64,000 nt of DNA from an uncultured virus (IMG/VR IMGVR_UViG_3300030406_000618) (Duplodnaviria > Heunggongvirae > Uroviricota > Caudoviricetes), in the IMG/VR virus record IMGVR_UViG_3300030406_000618; one strand, given 5' to 3'. How positions within the stretch are numbered: the stretch's first letter is position 1; each line of letters opens with the position of its first letter. Below, piece by piece: positions 38,816-49,727 of this stretch. The translations under genes and the position numbers were made by a program. Under the pieces are notes generated by a model. It was not told the DNA's origin. It worked only from the letters and a program-made list of their open reading frames with translations, and did no database searches.

Positions 38816-41800
38816 TATCTTATACTTTTTTCTAACCTATCAAAGATACCATCTAAATACCATATATTTTGCAAAGGTAAAGACCTTCGTATTGCTCTGG
38901 CTGTAGTGTAATCATAATTACCACTACCTGTATCTAACATTATTTCATATAAATTAGCTGCTAAACTACCAGTTGGTCCAGCTAATCCCATTTTTTGTTT
39001 ATATGTTGAATCGTAAGGTTTACCTGCACCTAATGCAGGAGCTATACCATATTCATTATTACTTGCTACTTCTATCATTCTGTTTACATCACTAAATATG
39101 CCAATAACTGCAGATCTATCAATCGCACTAGCTATTTTATCACCTAGTTTCTTTTTGCTGTAATCTCTATCAAATGCTCTTGTTCTTAACATATCAACCA
39201 TAGCTCCTAACCCTACTAAGAATATAACTCCAGTAAAGAAATTTTGATCTCTTTCTTGTAAACCTCTCATCAAAATAGCTTGTGTAGCAGCCATACCAAA
39301 TTTTTTAAATTGTGATAACACACTACCTACTTGTGTATTCATCCACAATGGTACATCTGCTTTATCAGGAGTAACAATAGTAGTTCTTATTTCTTGTCTA
39401 AGTGCATTACTAAAAGCAGTAGCAGCTTCTCTATCTGCCCAAGTATCTGATCTAGCTATTCTATTTATTCTCATACCACCAGTTTCTTTTGCTTTTACAC
39501 CTAAACCAAACTCTTTGTATTGTTCAAATATTCTTTTAGCCATATCTCTATTTATTCCAACTTTTGTAAGTTTAGCTAATTCTCTTTTGCCTATAGTACC
39601 TTTCACATATTTTTCTGATAATTGTAATATTTTGGTGCTTCCTATGAATGCAGAACCTCTTTTTACTCCTGTATTCCAAACATTCATCATGTTAATAAAG
39701 GTGAAATATAACGAGTTGGCACTGGATGTTGCTCTTTCAACAGCATTCATTCCAAAAACCATATCATCTACATTACCAATAATAGATGCCCTACCTGCAA
39801 ATAATAAATCTAATGCTTCACCTGCCATTTCAGCTTCTTTTTTTGATAGCTTCATAACTTGTCTATACATTCCAGAAAAACCTGTATCTAATATTTGACC
39901 AAAAGTATTTTTCAAACCATTTTGCATAATTAATCTTGCCATGTCAGGAACAGCTGATAATGCTCCTTGTAAAAAAATCATGTTTTGAACATTTTTTAAT
40001 GTTCTGATAGCAGCTGGTAATGCAGCACTTGGATCTGATGGCAATCCATATGTACCTCTAAGTAAATCTCTAAGTGCTTCTATATCTCTTAAATCTTGAT
40101 CTCTTTCACCAATTAATTTTTTTCTTAATTCTGGTTTTGTTTTTGCTGGTGCAGTTTTATTTATAAAATTATCCCACTCTACTCTTAATTGTGCTATGCC
40201 TGGTTTATATCCAGGTCCTCTAATACCCATCATAGCAACATCACCAAATACTTTAGCTATTTCAATATCAGGCATAATAGAATTAAAATACTGTTTCATA
40301 ATCAAACTAATATCATCTTCCATATATCCTCTTGCTAATAGATGTTCATCATCAAAATTCCAAACTCTATTTCTTAAATGTTTAGATATACCTGATGCTT
40401 GGAAAGCAAACTCTAAATCAAATGTATCATCTCTACCTATTGGATTTTTTGGTAATTTATTAAATGGCATAGATGTTAGTATGTCATCTACTACCTCATC
40501 CAACTCTTTAGATGTCATTTGTATACCTTTGTTTTTAAATGCAATAAGTAAATCTTTTTTAAACTGATTTATATCTTTTCTAATTAAATCCCTTCTCCAG
40601 TATCTAGGTAAAAAATCTTTTCTCAAAGGACCAGTTGCATTTATTGTGTCTAATCTCGCTTGTTCATCATCTATTCTTTTTAATATATCTTGTAATGAGT
40701 ATTCTTTATTTTTTTGAACTATTTTTGTTTCACCTCTACTTCTCATTCCATCTCTTGTTTTTTTCAAACCTGCTATAATAAGTTTTGAATATAAACTAAA
40801 TAATTCTTCTGCATCTGCTTCTCTACCAATTAATGTAAAGAAATTTTGTCTTATTGTTCTAGCTACATTTACTGCTTCTGGTAAAAATCTACCTTGCCCA
40901 AAATTACTAGCTATCAAAGATCTAGATACTTGTTTTCTAAATTGTACCTCTGACATAATATTATTTTTCTTAAAAAAGTTCTTAGCTCTATTTTTTAAGT
41001 TTGGTGTACCGAGGTTGTTTTCTTCATAAACTCTTTTTAAATATTGTTTATATGCATCTTTAACTGCTCTAATATTATCTACTACATATAAATTTTTTCT
41101 TGCAATATTTGATTCTATAGATCTTGTTGTTTCTATACCTTTTAAATTTTTATTTTGTATTAACTTTGTATCCATCATATCCGTAGCTATTTGTCTAACT
41201 GATAATAGTTTAGATTGTATGGCTCTAAACATAGGTGTAATAGGAGTATCTTCTAATCCTGTATATGTTTTAACAAAAGACTCATCCCATAAATCATCAT
41301 TATAAGATACACCTTTTGATTCAGCGGAAGCACTAGCTCCTACAGACTGTGGTTTAACTTTTTTGTTAGGATCAAAAATTCTACTATCTATATCATCTTG
41401 ATCTACAATTTTTGTACTGGCAACTTCAGTTTCTTTTCTATCAAGTCTATCCATATCTCTATTGTATCTAGCAATAGCTTCACCACCTTCTCTGTTTCTA
41501 AGTCTTGATATACCACTAAGTAATCCTGTTGTTATGAATGTACCAAAAGGAACTATATATGTTAGTTCTTGTTCTCTTGTTTTATCTATTGTTTGTTTAT
41601 ATAGCTCCTCAGCTGCCATAACTCCTGTTACTTTTTTTACATTTAAAGCACCTTGCGTTGTTCTAAATGCTTTTGCACTAAAAGCAAATAAACTAATAGG
41701 ATCTAATATAGCACCTGTTAATCTTCCAATAAAATATGCTCCAGGGTTTACTTGTATAATGTCATTTTCTTCTTTCAGTTTAGTCATTAAATATTTGGTT

Positions 41801-42078
41801 TCTTCTGCACTTTCTGAAAATTGGAAATAGTCCATATTGTTTACAAATGGAGCTAAACTCTGATCATAAAATGGGTTGTACTCTGGATCAGGTTTAAAAT
41901 TCTTTCTATTTCTTTCTGTAAATGTTGTGTATGATAGAGCTACACTATTTTCATCAACAAATCCTTTTTGGATTCCTTGCATTTTTGGTCTAGAAAAAAA
42001 CTTATCTAAACTAGATTCATTATCTACTGTTCTTGAAACGTGTTTCTTATGAAAACCTTTGTATACTACATTTGCCAT
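38815..42078 (-). CDS. Large internal virion protein
   Basis: 1087 aa directly before the tail fibre; QFKxF and LPLQN motifs. Confidence 0.7.
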   Translation of the reverse strand: MANVVYKGFHKKHVSRTVDNESSLDKFFSRPKMQGIQKGFVDENSVALSYTTFTERNRKNFKPDPEYNPFYDQSLAPFVNNMDYFQFSESAEETKYLMTKLKEENDIIQVNPGAYFIGRLTGAILDPISLFAFSAKAFRTTQGALNVKKVTGVMAAEELYKQTIDKTREQELTYIVPFGTFITTGLLSGISRLRNREGGEAIARYNRDMDRLDRKETEVASTKIVDQDDIDSRIFDPNKKVKPQSVGASASAESKGVSYNDDLWDESFVKTYTGLEDTPITPMFRAIQSKLLSVRQIATDMMDTKLIQNKNLKGIETTRSIESNIARKNLYVVDNIRAVKDAYKQYLKRVYEENNLGTPNLKNRAKNFFKKNNIMSEVQFRKQVSRSLIASNFGQGRFLPEAVNVARTIRQNFFTLIGREADAEELFSLYSKLIIAGLKKTRDGMRSRGETKIVQKNKEYSLQDILKRIDDEQARLDTINATGPLRKDFLPRYWRRDLIRKDINQFKKDLLIAFKNKGIQMTSKELDEVVDDILTSMPFNKLPKNPIGRDDTFDLEFAFQASGISKHLRNRVWNFDDEHLLARGYMEDDISLIMKQYFNSIMPDIEIAKVFGDVAMMGIRGPGYKPGIAQLRVEWDNFINKTAPAKTKPELRKKLIGERDQDLRDIEALRDLLRGTYGLPSDPSAALPAAIRTLKNVQNMIFLQGALSAVPDMARLIMQNGLKNTFGQILDTGFSGMYRQVMKLSKKEAEMAGEALDLLFAGRASIIGNVDDMVFGMNAVERATSSANSLYFTFINMMNVWNTGVKRGSAFIGSTKILQLSEKYVKGTIGKRELAKLTKVGINRDMAKRIFEQYKEFGLGVKAKETGGMRINRIARSDTWADREAATAFSNALRQEIRTTIVTPDKADVPLWMNTQVGSVLSQFKKFGMAATQAILMRGLQERDQNFFTGVIFLVGLGAMVDMLRTRAFDRDYSKKKLGDKIASAIDRSAVIGIFSDVNRMIEVASNNEYGIAPALGAGKPYDSTYKQKMGLAGPTGSLAANLYEIMLDTGSGNYDYTTARAIRRSLPLQNIWYLDGIFDRLEKSIR

Positions 42079-44921
42079 TACTGTATATTAAAAGTATGAA
42101 CACTTTGTTTATCAATGTAGTTCATAATTTCTTCTTCACTAGTCATAAATTTAACACCTGGATACATAACCTTTGTAAAAATAGATTCTAAAGTTTCTTG
42201 GTCAATACCAAGATCTTTTGCAAAATCTAATGGGTTTTCATCTAGGTATCTTTTTATTGCATTACTTATAATATTTGCATTACTGATTATTTCTCCTTCT
42301 TCAGTAACTAGTGTTCCTGTTGGACTAAAGTATTGTGCTTCATCAATATCTCCATCTAACTCAAGTCTTTGGTTTTGTGCATAAAAATAATTAGGATCTA
42401 AGTTATATCTGTATACATCAGTGCCAGGTACTCTTTCTAAAAATACTCCATCTTTTTCAATAGCTATTTCATATGCTCTTGCTAAATCAAATTCAACTTT
42501 GTTTTCTTGATCAGTTCCAAAATTATTAATATAAAACTGAGGATAGTTTTCCAACATATAATTATAATCCTCTGTATTATATTTTGCTTCCATATCTTTT
42601 ACACGATTGTAAAAATGCACTGCTATGTACATATCTTTATCTTCTAATCTTTCATAAATAATTTTATCGTCTACAGGCTGATATGCTAATGTTAAACCTG
42701 GACCTGATGCTTCATACTTACTAACTCCAAAACCTTCATCTCTTAATTTTCTTATGGTCATATCCATAGCTAGTTTTTGATTATTCTCTATATCTTTTCT
42801 TAATTTATCAGGATTACTATCTATCAAACTAAAGTCTACTAACTTATTTAAAGAGGTTGTATATATAGAATTTAACTGTGCTTCTATATCTGGAGGTAAG
42901 TTTATAAGTCTTGATTCTGCTGCTTCTGCCGCATCGCTTTTAAAAAAGATTGGTTGTGTTATTGCTAGTGATAATTTTTCAAACTCTGATAATCCAAACA
43001 AATCTGTATAACTACTAGTCTTTTGTTTTTTATCATCTTCATCTAGACCAAAAGGTAAATAACTTGGTATTTTATTTCTTACCCAGTTAAATAATGCAAT
43101 TGGACCATATTGTGTTTGTGCATCATCAATAACTCTACTTTCTATAAAACTTGCGTTCATAGCATCTAATCCACTTTTGTTTACAAATTCATTTGCTTTA
43201 TCAAAGTCAAATCCTTTTTTTACATTATCTCTATATTCTGTGTACAACTTTCTAATATTTTCAATATCTGTAATGTTTACATTTAAATATGGCTCACCTC
43301 TTGTTTTATCTAAATACAAAAAGAAATCACTTACTTCACCATATCCTGCTTCATAGAAAGCTAGTGCATTTAAACTTTTAGATAGTCTGTAAAATTCAAA
43401 TGTATTTTGTAATTGTGCTGCATCTGTACTGCTAATACCATCACCACTTGCACTTATGATAGCATCTACCTTAGCAAAGACATCTCTGCCATCTAAGGGC
43501 ATATTTCCCATCTTCATATTGTATTCAAATGCTTTTATTTGATATAAATTTTCTTTTTCTAAATTTAACTGATCTACAGTTTTTCCTGCCATAGGTTCAC
43601 CATACCCAGGAGTAGTTTTTACTTGTTGTACCATCATCATATATTCGTTAGTAGTTTTTGATGGAACACCTATCATAGTATTTCTGTATTGGATTAATTG
43701 TTTATCTGTTAGTTCAATATCAGTATCATTTTTAATAAGTTCTTTTAGAGTAGTTGCTTCTGGAAAAACACCATCATACCTGTCATAAATAGATTGTAGT
43801 GATTTATGAATACTTATTGCATTAAGTGATTCTTGTATTGTAGCTAAAGCTGTAGTTGGATCTTGAAATAAATAATCATCATTTGCTACTATTTCTAATA
43901 CATCTGATATACTAGAGTTTAATGCTTTCTGAGGATCATTAATATATGTATCTATTACAAACTGTGATTTTTCAGCTATAATAGTGTTTGTTGCTATTTC
44001 AGCCATTTTGATTCTTTTATTATTAAAGTTTAAAAGTTGTTCTTTTTGATCTACATAATTTTTCCTAATAGACTCAACCTCTGAATCAGATAAATTATTT
44101 ATATCTCTAGATTCTGGATTAGTAACAAAGTTTTCAATCATATCATCAATAACATCATTAGCTTCAATAAGTTGTCTTGATAAACTTTCTGTTGTTGAGT
44201 TGTCAAAATCAATTGCACCAATAATACTTTTCATTTTTGAATAAAATTTTTGTGATGAATAATCTATTTGTAATGCTCTTACATTAGATTCTATATCTGT
44301 TGGTGTAATCTTTAATGGTTTAAGTTGATTTAATGTTTCGTAGTTTTTAGCTATTCTATTTATAGCAGGAGTGACAACATTTGTATAATGTGTTTCAATT
44401 AACATATTTTGTTTTTCAATATCTCCAGGATTATTTTTTATAACCTGATCTATGTAATTAGTAGTTAATGCTATATTGCTAGTTTCTAGTTCTTGTGTTT
44501 TTGTAAGTAAATTTGTGTATTTCAAATCATTTGCATAATCTGTAACTAAGTTAATATTTTCAGAAAACGCTACATCAAGTTTATTTGTAATGTAGTTTGC
44601 AAACCTTTGTGGTGCTTCTCCTAATACTTTATCTTTGTATGATAATAATTTTTGTTGTAATCCTACTAAATCTGGATTTGTGCTTTGTAATTCTTTTCTA
44701 GTTTCTTCTACTATAAAAGCACTAGAGCTTGTATCAAAATCATTTTGCCATTCTTTATCCATTATATCAGCTTGGAATAAAGTTATCTTTTCAGCTGTTT
44801 CTGCTAACTTACCACCTATAGTTCCAAGACTGGCTGTATTAGTTTGTACAACTCCAAAAGGATTCTCAAGAAGCGTTCTTCTTTTTCCTCTATTAAGTTC
44901 TGCTCCTCTTTGTAAAACCAT
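42078..44921 (-). CDS. Internal virion protein (putative)
   Basis: 947 aa in syntenic position; coupled to neighbours. Confidence 0.6.
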   Translation of the reverse strand: MVLQRGAELNRGKRRTLLENPFGVVQTNTASLGTIGGKLAETAEKITLFQADIMDKEWQNDFDTSSSAFIVEETRKELQSTNPDLVGLQQKLLSYKDKVLGEAPQRFANYITNKLDVAFSENINLVTDYANDLKYTNLLTKTQELETSNIALTTNYIDQVIKNNPGDIEKQNMLIETHYTNVVTPAINRIAKNYETLNQLKPLKITPTDIESNVRALQIDYSSQKFYSKMKSIIGAIDFDNSTTESLSRQLIEANDVIDDMIENFVTNPESRDINNLSDSEVESIRKNYVDQKEQLLNFNNKRIKMAEIATNTIIAEKSQFVIDTYINDPQKALNSSISDVLEIVANDDYLFQDPTTALATIQESLNAISIHKSLQSIYDRYDGVFPEATTLKELIKNDTDIELTDKQLIQYRNTMIGVPSKTTNEYMMMVQQVKTTPGYGEPMAGKTVDQLNLEKENLYQIKAFEYNMKMGNMPLDGRDVFAKVDAIISASGDGISSTDAAQLQNTFEFYRLSKSLNALAFYEAGYGEVSDFFLYLDKTRGEPYLNVNITDIENIRKLYTEYRDNVKKGFDFDKANEFVNKSGLDAMNASFIESRVIDDAQTQYGPIALFNWVRNKIPSYLPFGLDEDDKKQKTSSYTDLFGLSEFEKLSLAITQPIFFKSDAAEAAESRLINLPPDIEAQLNSIYTTSLNKLVDFSLIDSNPDKLRKDIENNQKLAMDMTIRKLRDEGFGVSKYEASGPGLTLAYQPVDDKIIYERLEDKDMYIAVHFYNRVKDMEAKYNTEDYNYMLENYPQFYINNFGTDQENKVEFDLARAYEIAIEKDGVFLERVPGTDVYRYNLDPNYFYAQNQRLELDGDIDEAQYFSPTGTLVTEEGEIISNANIISNAIKRYLDENPLDFAKDLGIDQETLESIFTKVMYPGVKFMTSEEEIMNYIDKQSVHTFNIQ

Positions 44922-45451
44922 TATCTTTGCATCCCTGCTGCTAGAGTAGTTCCAAATCTAGCTTGACTTTCTCCTGGACCAATACCTTGTGTTTTAGTTT
45001 TTGGTGCTGGATTATAATATTTATAGTAATTCCATCCATTTGCAGCATAGCTAGATACATCAGCTATTGCATTATATGCTACTTGTTGTTTTTCAATTTT
45101 AGAATTAATTATAGCTTGATCATATTTTGAATTAGCTATCTTTGCATTTAATCTAATTGACTGTATATCTTTTACTGCATTTGATACTACATCTTCTTGT
45201 ATAGATAAAAATGATCTACTATCATCTAATATACCAGCAGCTCCAGCAATAGCTCTATTAGCAGCAAGTGTTTCATCCATTACACGTCTACGTGCATTTT
45301 CATCTTGTAAAGCTCTAAGCTCTGCATATTTTTTTTCATCTTTATATCTTGCTATATCATTATTTAAAGCAACATTTGCAGCTTGTGCATTAGCTACACT
45401 ACTTACTGCTCCTACTGTTGCTGATATTAATAATGCTGTTTCTACGCCCAT
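44921..45451 (-). CDS. Internal virion protein, gp14-like
   Basis: Ala-rich, hydrophobic N-terminus, follows tail tube B. Confidence 0.6.
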   Translation of the reverse strand: MGVETALLISATVGAVSSVANAQAANVALNNDIARYKDEKKYAELRALQDENARRRVMDETLAANRAIAGAAGILDDSRSFLSIQEDVVSNAVKDIQSIRLNAKIANSKYDQAIINSKIEKQQVAYNAIADVSSYAANGWNYYKYYNPAPKTKTQGIGPGESQARFGTTLAAGMQR

Positions 45452-45452
45452 T

Positions 45453-47645
45453 TTAGTATACTACCTCTAATGCTACACCTAAAACCTTCAAAGGCAAGGG
45501 TGCTGTTTGTGTTATTTTTAATGTTGGTTGTCTGTTATATCCCAAAAAGAAAAACTCCTTTTTACCAGTAACAGGTGTGACTGGATTATCAATACTAAAA
45601 TCAACCTGTCTTATAACTAAACTTTTAGCAGTATTATCTGATGCTTGTAAAGCTACATTTAGTGTATCTGATACATCTATAACTGCTCTAGATATTCTTT
45701 TTATTTCACCAGTTAATGGACCAGTAGCAACTTCTCTATCTATAGGCATTGTTTCTAAACTAGGATCATAATTAAATCCTACTATAACACCTGCATTATG
45801 GGCTTCTTCAAATGTAATAGTATCACTTCCAGATGTTGTAAAACTACCTAAAGAAAATGTACCATCAACAGCATTAACTGTTTCCCCAGTTAAATGAGAT
45901 GGACTGTTATGGACACGACCTGATATAATTGTAATTGGAGCGTTATCAGCAGGTGAGGAATCTAGTGCTTGATCTAAAACTAATGTATGTCCAGTAGATG
46001 TAGCAGTAACTGTTTGTATTTCATATATTCCAGTAACTCCATTAATAGTAATTCTATCTCCTGTATTTGGACTACTAGTATATCCATCAACATTTAATGT
46101 TGAACCTGACTGAGAAGCACCATTGACTAATGGAGTGCCTTGTTGATTAACTGTAGTTGTTCCAGAACAATCTAATGTTAAATCATCTTGTTCAGCAAAT
46201 TTTTCTAAAGTATACTGTATAGATCCTTCTAAATTTCTTTCAACAACACAAAATAAATTTTCATTGATTGCAGTTATACTAGTATACTTATCTCCTGTTT
46301 TTGTTTCCCATTGTGTCCAACCTGCTATCTTTTCTGCTCTAACACTATGGAATAATGCAAGTGTTCCATCATTGTTAGTAAAAAAAGCAAACTGTTCTGG
46401 TCTAGTTGTTGAACCAGTTATCATAGTCATATCTACTGGTGATTTAATTAACTGTGATGCTAATATAGAAATAGATGTAGATGCATAAGCATTTTCAACA
46501 TCGCTAAATAAATATTCACGAATAGATTTACCATTTTTTTGTGCATATAAAGTTGCACCATCAAATACTATTGGCTTTGCTCTGCTACATCCATATGGTG
46601 TTTGTCTTAAAAATGTTATATTAGCTGGTGTTACAGCAGAAGTATCTGTAGATGTCGGTACAAAGTATTCACCACCATCTGTTAATACTTGTAAGTTTCT
46701 TGAAGATACTAAATGTCTAATTTCGTTTACTCTATCACCAGACACAAATACATTTAGGGCTTCATCAGAATTACCTGATCCTACATCAAAATTAAAATAT
46801 CCACCTACTTGTGATCCTATTACAGCAGCAGGAGCATCTCTTACTCCAGCAAAGTATAATCTATTATCATGGAAGGTAACTGCTTGTGGAAAACCTCTAA
46901 CAGCAGATATTAATTGTTCTTCCCAATCTGCTTCAGCACTAGTTCCAGCTAATGTTTCTAATATTGTAATAGTAACTACAGTTGCACTTGTATATCCAGT
47001 TATCTTTGCTTGTTTACCACCAATTTTTAAATACGTGCCATTATGATTTACATCCCAAGTATTAGCACTAGCTGTAAGTGTAACACCTGTTCCACTTGTA
47101 GCAGAAGGAGTAACTGTTACTGATGTAGGTGCATATTTGTAAAAAGGCTGTGTAGTTTTATTAATACCACCTACTTGAACTGTATCATCATCTTCAAACT
47201 CAAATAAAGAAACATTAAAATTACTAGCACTAGTTCTTTTGATTTCAATAATAGGATTATTTCTATGTGTGAGAAATACCGTATCGCCAAACTGTGCAAA
47301 GTTTAATTCAAATAATTGAGCTGTAGTCCAATTACAATTAGATGTTATATTAGCTTGTATACTTGCACCTGAACTATCAAATACATCTAATCTATTATTT
47401 GATAATGCAAAAACTGCTAGTTCATCATTAGAAAAAATAAAAGGTATGATTCTTGATTTGCCTGGTAATACAGATTTAAATGTAGTTCCAGGTCTACGCA
47501 TAATACCACCTTCATCTAATAAATACCAATTACGCAAAGTTTTAGCACCATTAAAGTATGCATTAGCATCTGTTCTAGTAACAAGTGAGGAGTTAAGTTC
47601 ACCACTTGAAAAGTTGGTGTATACTGTTCTTAGTACACTAGCCAC
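45453..47645 (-). CDS. Tail tubular protein B / stabilisation protein
   Basis: NFSSGEL...GGIMRRPGT, GFPQAVTFHDNRL and PLPLKVL motifs. Confidence 0.88.
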   Translation of the reverse strand: MASVLRTVYTNFSSGELNSSLVTRTDANAYFNGAKTLRNWYLLDEGGIMRRPGTTFKSVLPGKSRIIPFIFSNDELAVFALSNNRLDVFDSSGASIQANITSNCNWTTAQLFELNFAQFGDTVFLTHRNNPIIEIKRTSASNFNVSLFEFEDDDTVQVGGINKTTQPFYKYAPTSVTVTPSATSGTGVTLTASANTWDVNHNGTYLKIGGKQAKITGYTSATVVTITILETLAGTSAEADWEEQLISAVRGFPQAVTFHDNRLYFAGVRDAPAAVIGSQVGGYFNFDVGSGNSDEALNVFVSGDRVNEIRHLVSSRNLQVLTDGGEYFVPTSTDTSAVTPANITFLRQTPYGCSRAKPIVFDGATLYAQKNGKSIREYLFSDVENAYASTSISILASQLIKSPVDMTMITGSTTRPEQFAFFTNNDGTLALFHSVRAEKIAGWTQWETKTGDKYTSITAINENLFCVVERNLEGSIQYTLEKFAEQDDLTLDCSGTTTVNQQGTPLVNGASQSGSTLNVDGYTSSPNTGDRITINGVTGIYEIQTVTATSTGHTLVLDQALDSSPADNAPITIISGRVHNSPSHLTGETVNAVDGTFSLGSFTTSGSDTITFEEAHNAGVIVGFNYDPSLETMPIDREVATGPLTGEIKRISRAVIDVSDTLNVALQASDNTAKSLVIRQVDFSIDNPVTPVTGKKEFFFLGYNRQPTLKITQTAPLPLKVLGVALEVVY

Positions 47646-48241
47646 TAGTACCCCCTAGTCGTTAATCTATTTGTTATAAATCTTTTTGAGTTTAATCTCT
47701 TTGTAGAAACTTCTTGGCTTTCAATATTCTTTGATATTAATATTTGTCTTTCTGCTAAATCAGAAAACTGTTTTATCATAGCTGCATCTCTTGCTACTGA
47801 TCCTGCAAAAATAGATGCTAATTGATATTCTAAACATAGTTGAAAGTATGCTGGAAACTGTGATTCATCTTGTCTGAATACATAATCAGCAATAACTGCA
47901 GAAGAAGAACCATATCCATTTAAAAAAACTTTATCACCATATCTTGCATATTGAATAGGTACATCAGCAACAGTTAAAGTATTTAGTTGTAGTAAATCTG
48001 GTGATGTTGGTAACTGATAAGCATATTCATATCTACCAGTTGGTGTTGCTGTTAATAAACTTAATTGTTGTTGTTCTGTGGCAAAGGTCCATCTATGTCT
48101 AGATAGTGTAGACTCTACAATATTCTCATAGATGTTTGATGCTACTAGAGCCTCAGTGCTTCCATCTGAGAATGAAGATATTGGTTGAGCACCAATCATA
48201 ATCAATGCTCTTGCACATATGTCTACTTTAGTACTTGCCAT
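47645..48241 (-). CDS. Tail tubular protein A / adaptor
   Basis: VDICARALIMIGAQPISSF...HRWTFA...YAYQLP. Confidence 0.88.
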   Translation of the reverse strand: MASTKVDICARALIMIGAQPISSFSDGSTEALVASNIYENIVESTLSRHRWTFATEQQQLSLLTATPTGRYEYAYQLPTSPDLLQLNTLTVADVPIQYARYGDKVFLNGYGSSSAVIADYVFRQDESQFPAYFQLCLEYQLASIFAGSVARDAAMIKQFSDLAERQILISKNIESQEVSTKRLNSKRFITNRLTTRGY

Positions 48242-48245
48242 AGTT

Positions 48246-48270
48246 AAAGGGGGGAATAAATCCCCCCAAT
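48246..48270 (-). terminator. Hairpin / weak terminator after head genes
   Basis: G6/C6 stem with a short T tract. Confidence 0.55.
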
Positions 48271-48274
48271 ATCA

Positions 48275-48523
48275 TTATGATAATAATGCAGTTGTTACTG
48301 TAGAGGATGTTGCAGCTGATACGATTAAGATATCTACTACACCATTTGATCCACCACTGTTTACAATGATTACATCACCAGCGTTCAGATCGCCTGTCGC
48401 TGATAAAAAGTAATCTGCATCATCAATAGTTCCTATAGCATCTCCGTCAGAGTAGTACCATAAGGAATTGCTATCTCCCATTTGAGAGATCTTCTTAATT
48501 GGATTTGAAGTTGCGTATGCCAT
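48275..48523 (-). CDS. Small virion (capsid decoration-like) protein
   Basis: 82 aa directly after the capsid gene; AGGAG RBS. Confidence 0.6.
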   Translation of the reverse strand: MAYATSNPIKKISQMGDSNSLWYYSDGDAIGTIDDADYFLSATGDLNAGDVIIVNSGGSNGVVDILIVSAATSSTVTTALLS

Positions 48524-48532
48524 TATTTACTC

Positions 48533-49366
48533 CTACTCTGCACACTTCTGGATTCTTACACCATCACCATCAATTAGGACTGCTCCCATTGACATATATG
48601 AAGTTGTAAGGTGTGCTACTTTCTCAGGGATATAGTTTACTTCAGTTCTTACGTCTGAACCTACGCCCATACCTAGAGATGATTTATGGAAAGCAATAGT
48701 GTGTCTATCTGTTGAACCAGATGTTGGTAGACCACTAAAACCCATCCACATGAAAGACAACCATCTTTTAGCTGTCATTCCACCTTTGTAAGGTAGATCT
48801 GCTTCACCGATATATTCAGCTCTTGAGAACTGATCTATATCTAATAGGTCAGACCACTGTTTTGGACCGACTACCCAGTATCTTTGTCCATCATCTGGCA
48901 CATCATTGTTACCAAAGATTTCAAAAACATTCTGAGCTTTGTCTAAGTTCATACCAGTAGTACTACCAGCAGAGTTATTTGCTAGTGCAGTTGCACCTGA
49001 ATTGTAAGTATCTGTGATGATTTCATCAGTCTTACGACCTAGAGCATATGCAGCATTTTGTGCTACAATATTTCTCTCATCAATATTTACTTTCAATTCG
49101 TCTAGTTTGTCTACGTAATCAGCAGCATAAAAGTCTGATAGTGTTGCAGTTACATTTGAGTGTACTGAGTTCATAGCGACAACCTCAGCGTGTCTTGCTT
49201 TAGTTGAAGCAGAACCTTTCGCTACTTTTTGGAACTGAACAGTATTTCCCTTTACACCATTGACATTACGTACCATGGACTTCAATTTTGAGCCCATACG
49301 TTGATAAGCCATGTGAACTTCAGCTTCAAACTGTTTCACAAATGCTTGATCTATTGTTGCTGTCAT
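48533..49366 (-). CDS. Major capsid protein (BPP-1-like)
   Basis: IDQAFVKQFEAEVHMAYQRMGSKL...DKLDELK..AAYALGRKTD. Confidence 0.88.
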   Translation of the reverse strand: MTATIDQAFVKQFEAEVHMAYQRMGSKLKSMVRNVNGVKGNTVQFQKVAKGSASTKARHAEVVAMNSVHSNVTATLSDFYAADYVDKLDELKVNIDERNIVAQNAAYALGRKTDEIITDTYNSGATALANNSAGSTTGMNLDKAQNVFEIFGNNDVPDDGQRYWVVGPKQWSDLLDIDQFSRAEYIGEADLPYKGGMTAKRWLSFMWMGFSGLPTSGSTDRHTIAFHKSSLGMGVGSDVRTEVNYIPEKVAHLTTSYMSMGAVLIDGDGVRIQKCAE

Positions 49367-49472
49367 TGTGTTTTACCTTTCATTGTTAAATCCAAGTTGT
49401 CGTCATAAACATTTCTAAGTTATCCATCACTGGGCAAAGTCCAGTTTAAATCGGCTTGTTAGTTGAGATATA

Positions 49473-49727
49473 TTATATTTTCGTCATCTTTACAAGACAA
49501 GATGCAGGAAAAACATTGACATCAGCGTATGTGTATGATCCATCGCTTTCCTTGATATAACTTGCAAATGTCTTGATATACTTCTTATTCTTTGAATAAA
49601 TGTATGCTTCTGTAGTAATAATAGCTGGAGATAGATTTTCCATATCTTTATCAGACAACCATGCACTATCTCCAGTAGGATCTTCCCATATAAGTACGTA
49701 TTTCTTATATGGAAACTTTTTAGCCAT
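49473..49727 (-). CDS. Hypothetical protein with WxDP..DSAW motif
   Basis: Homologous by eye to 18204-18506. Confidence 0.6.
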   Translation of the reverse strand: MAKKFPYKKYVLIWEDPTGDSAWLSDKDMENLSPAIITTEAYIYSKNKKYIKTFASYIKESDGSYTYADVNVFPASCLVKMTKI

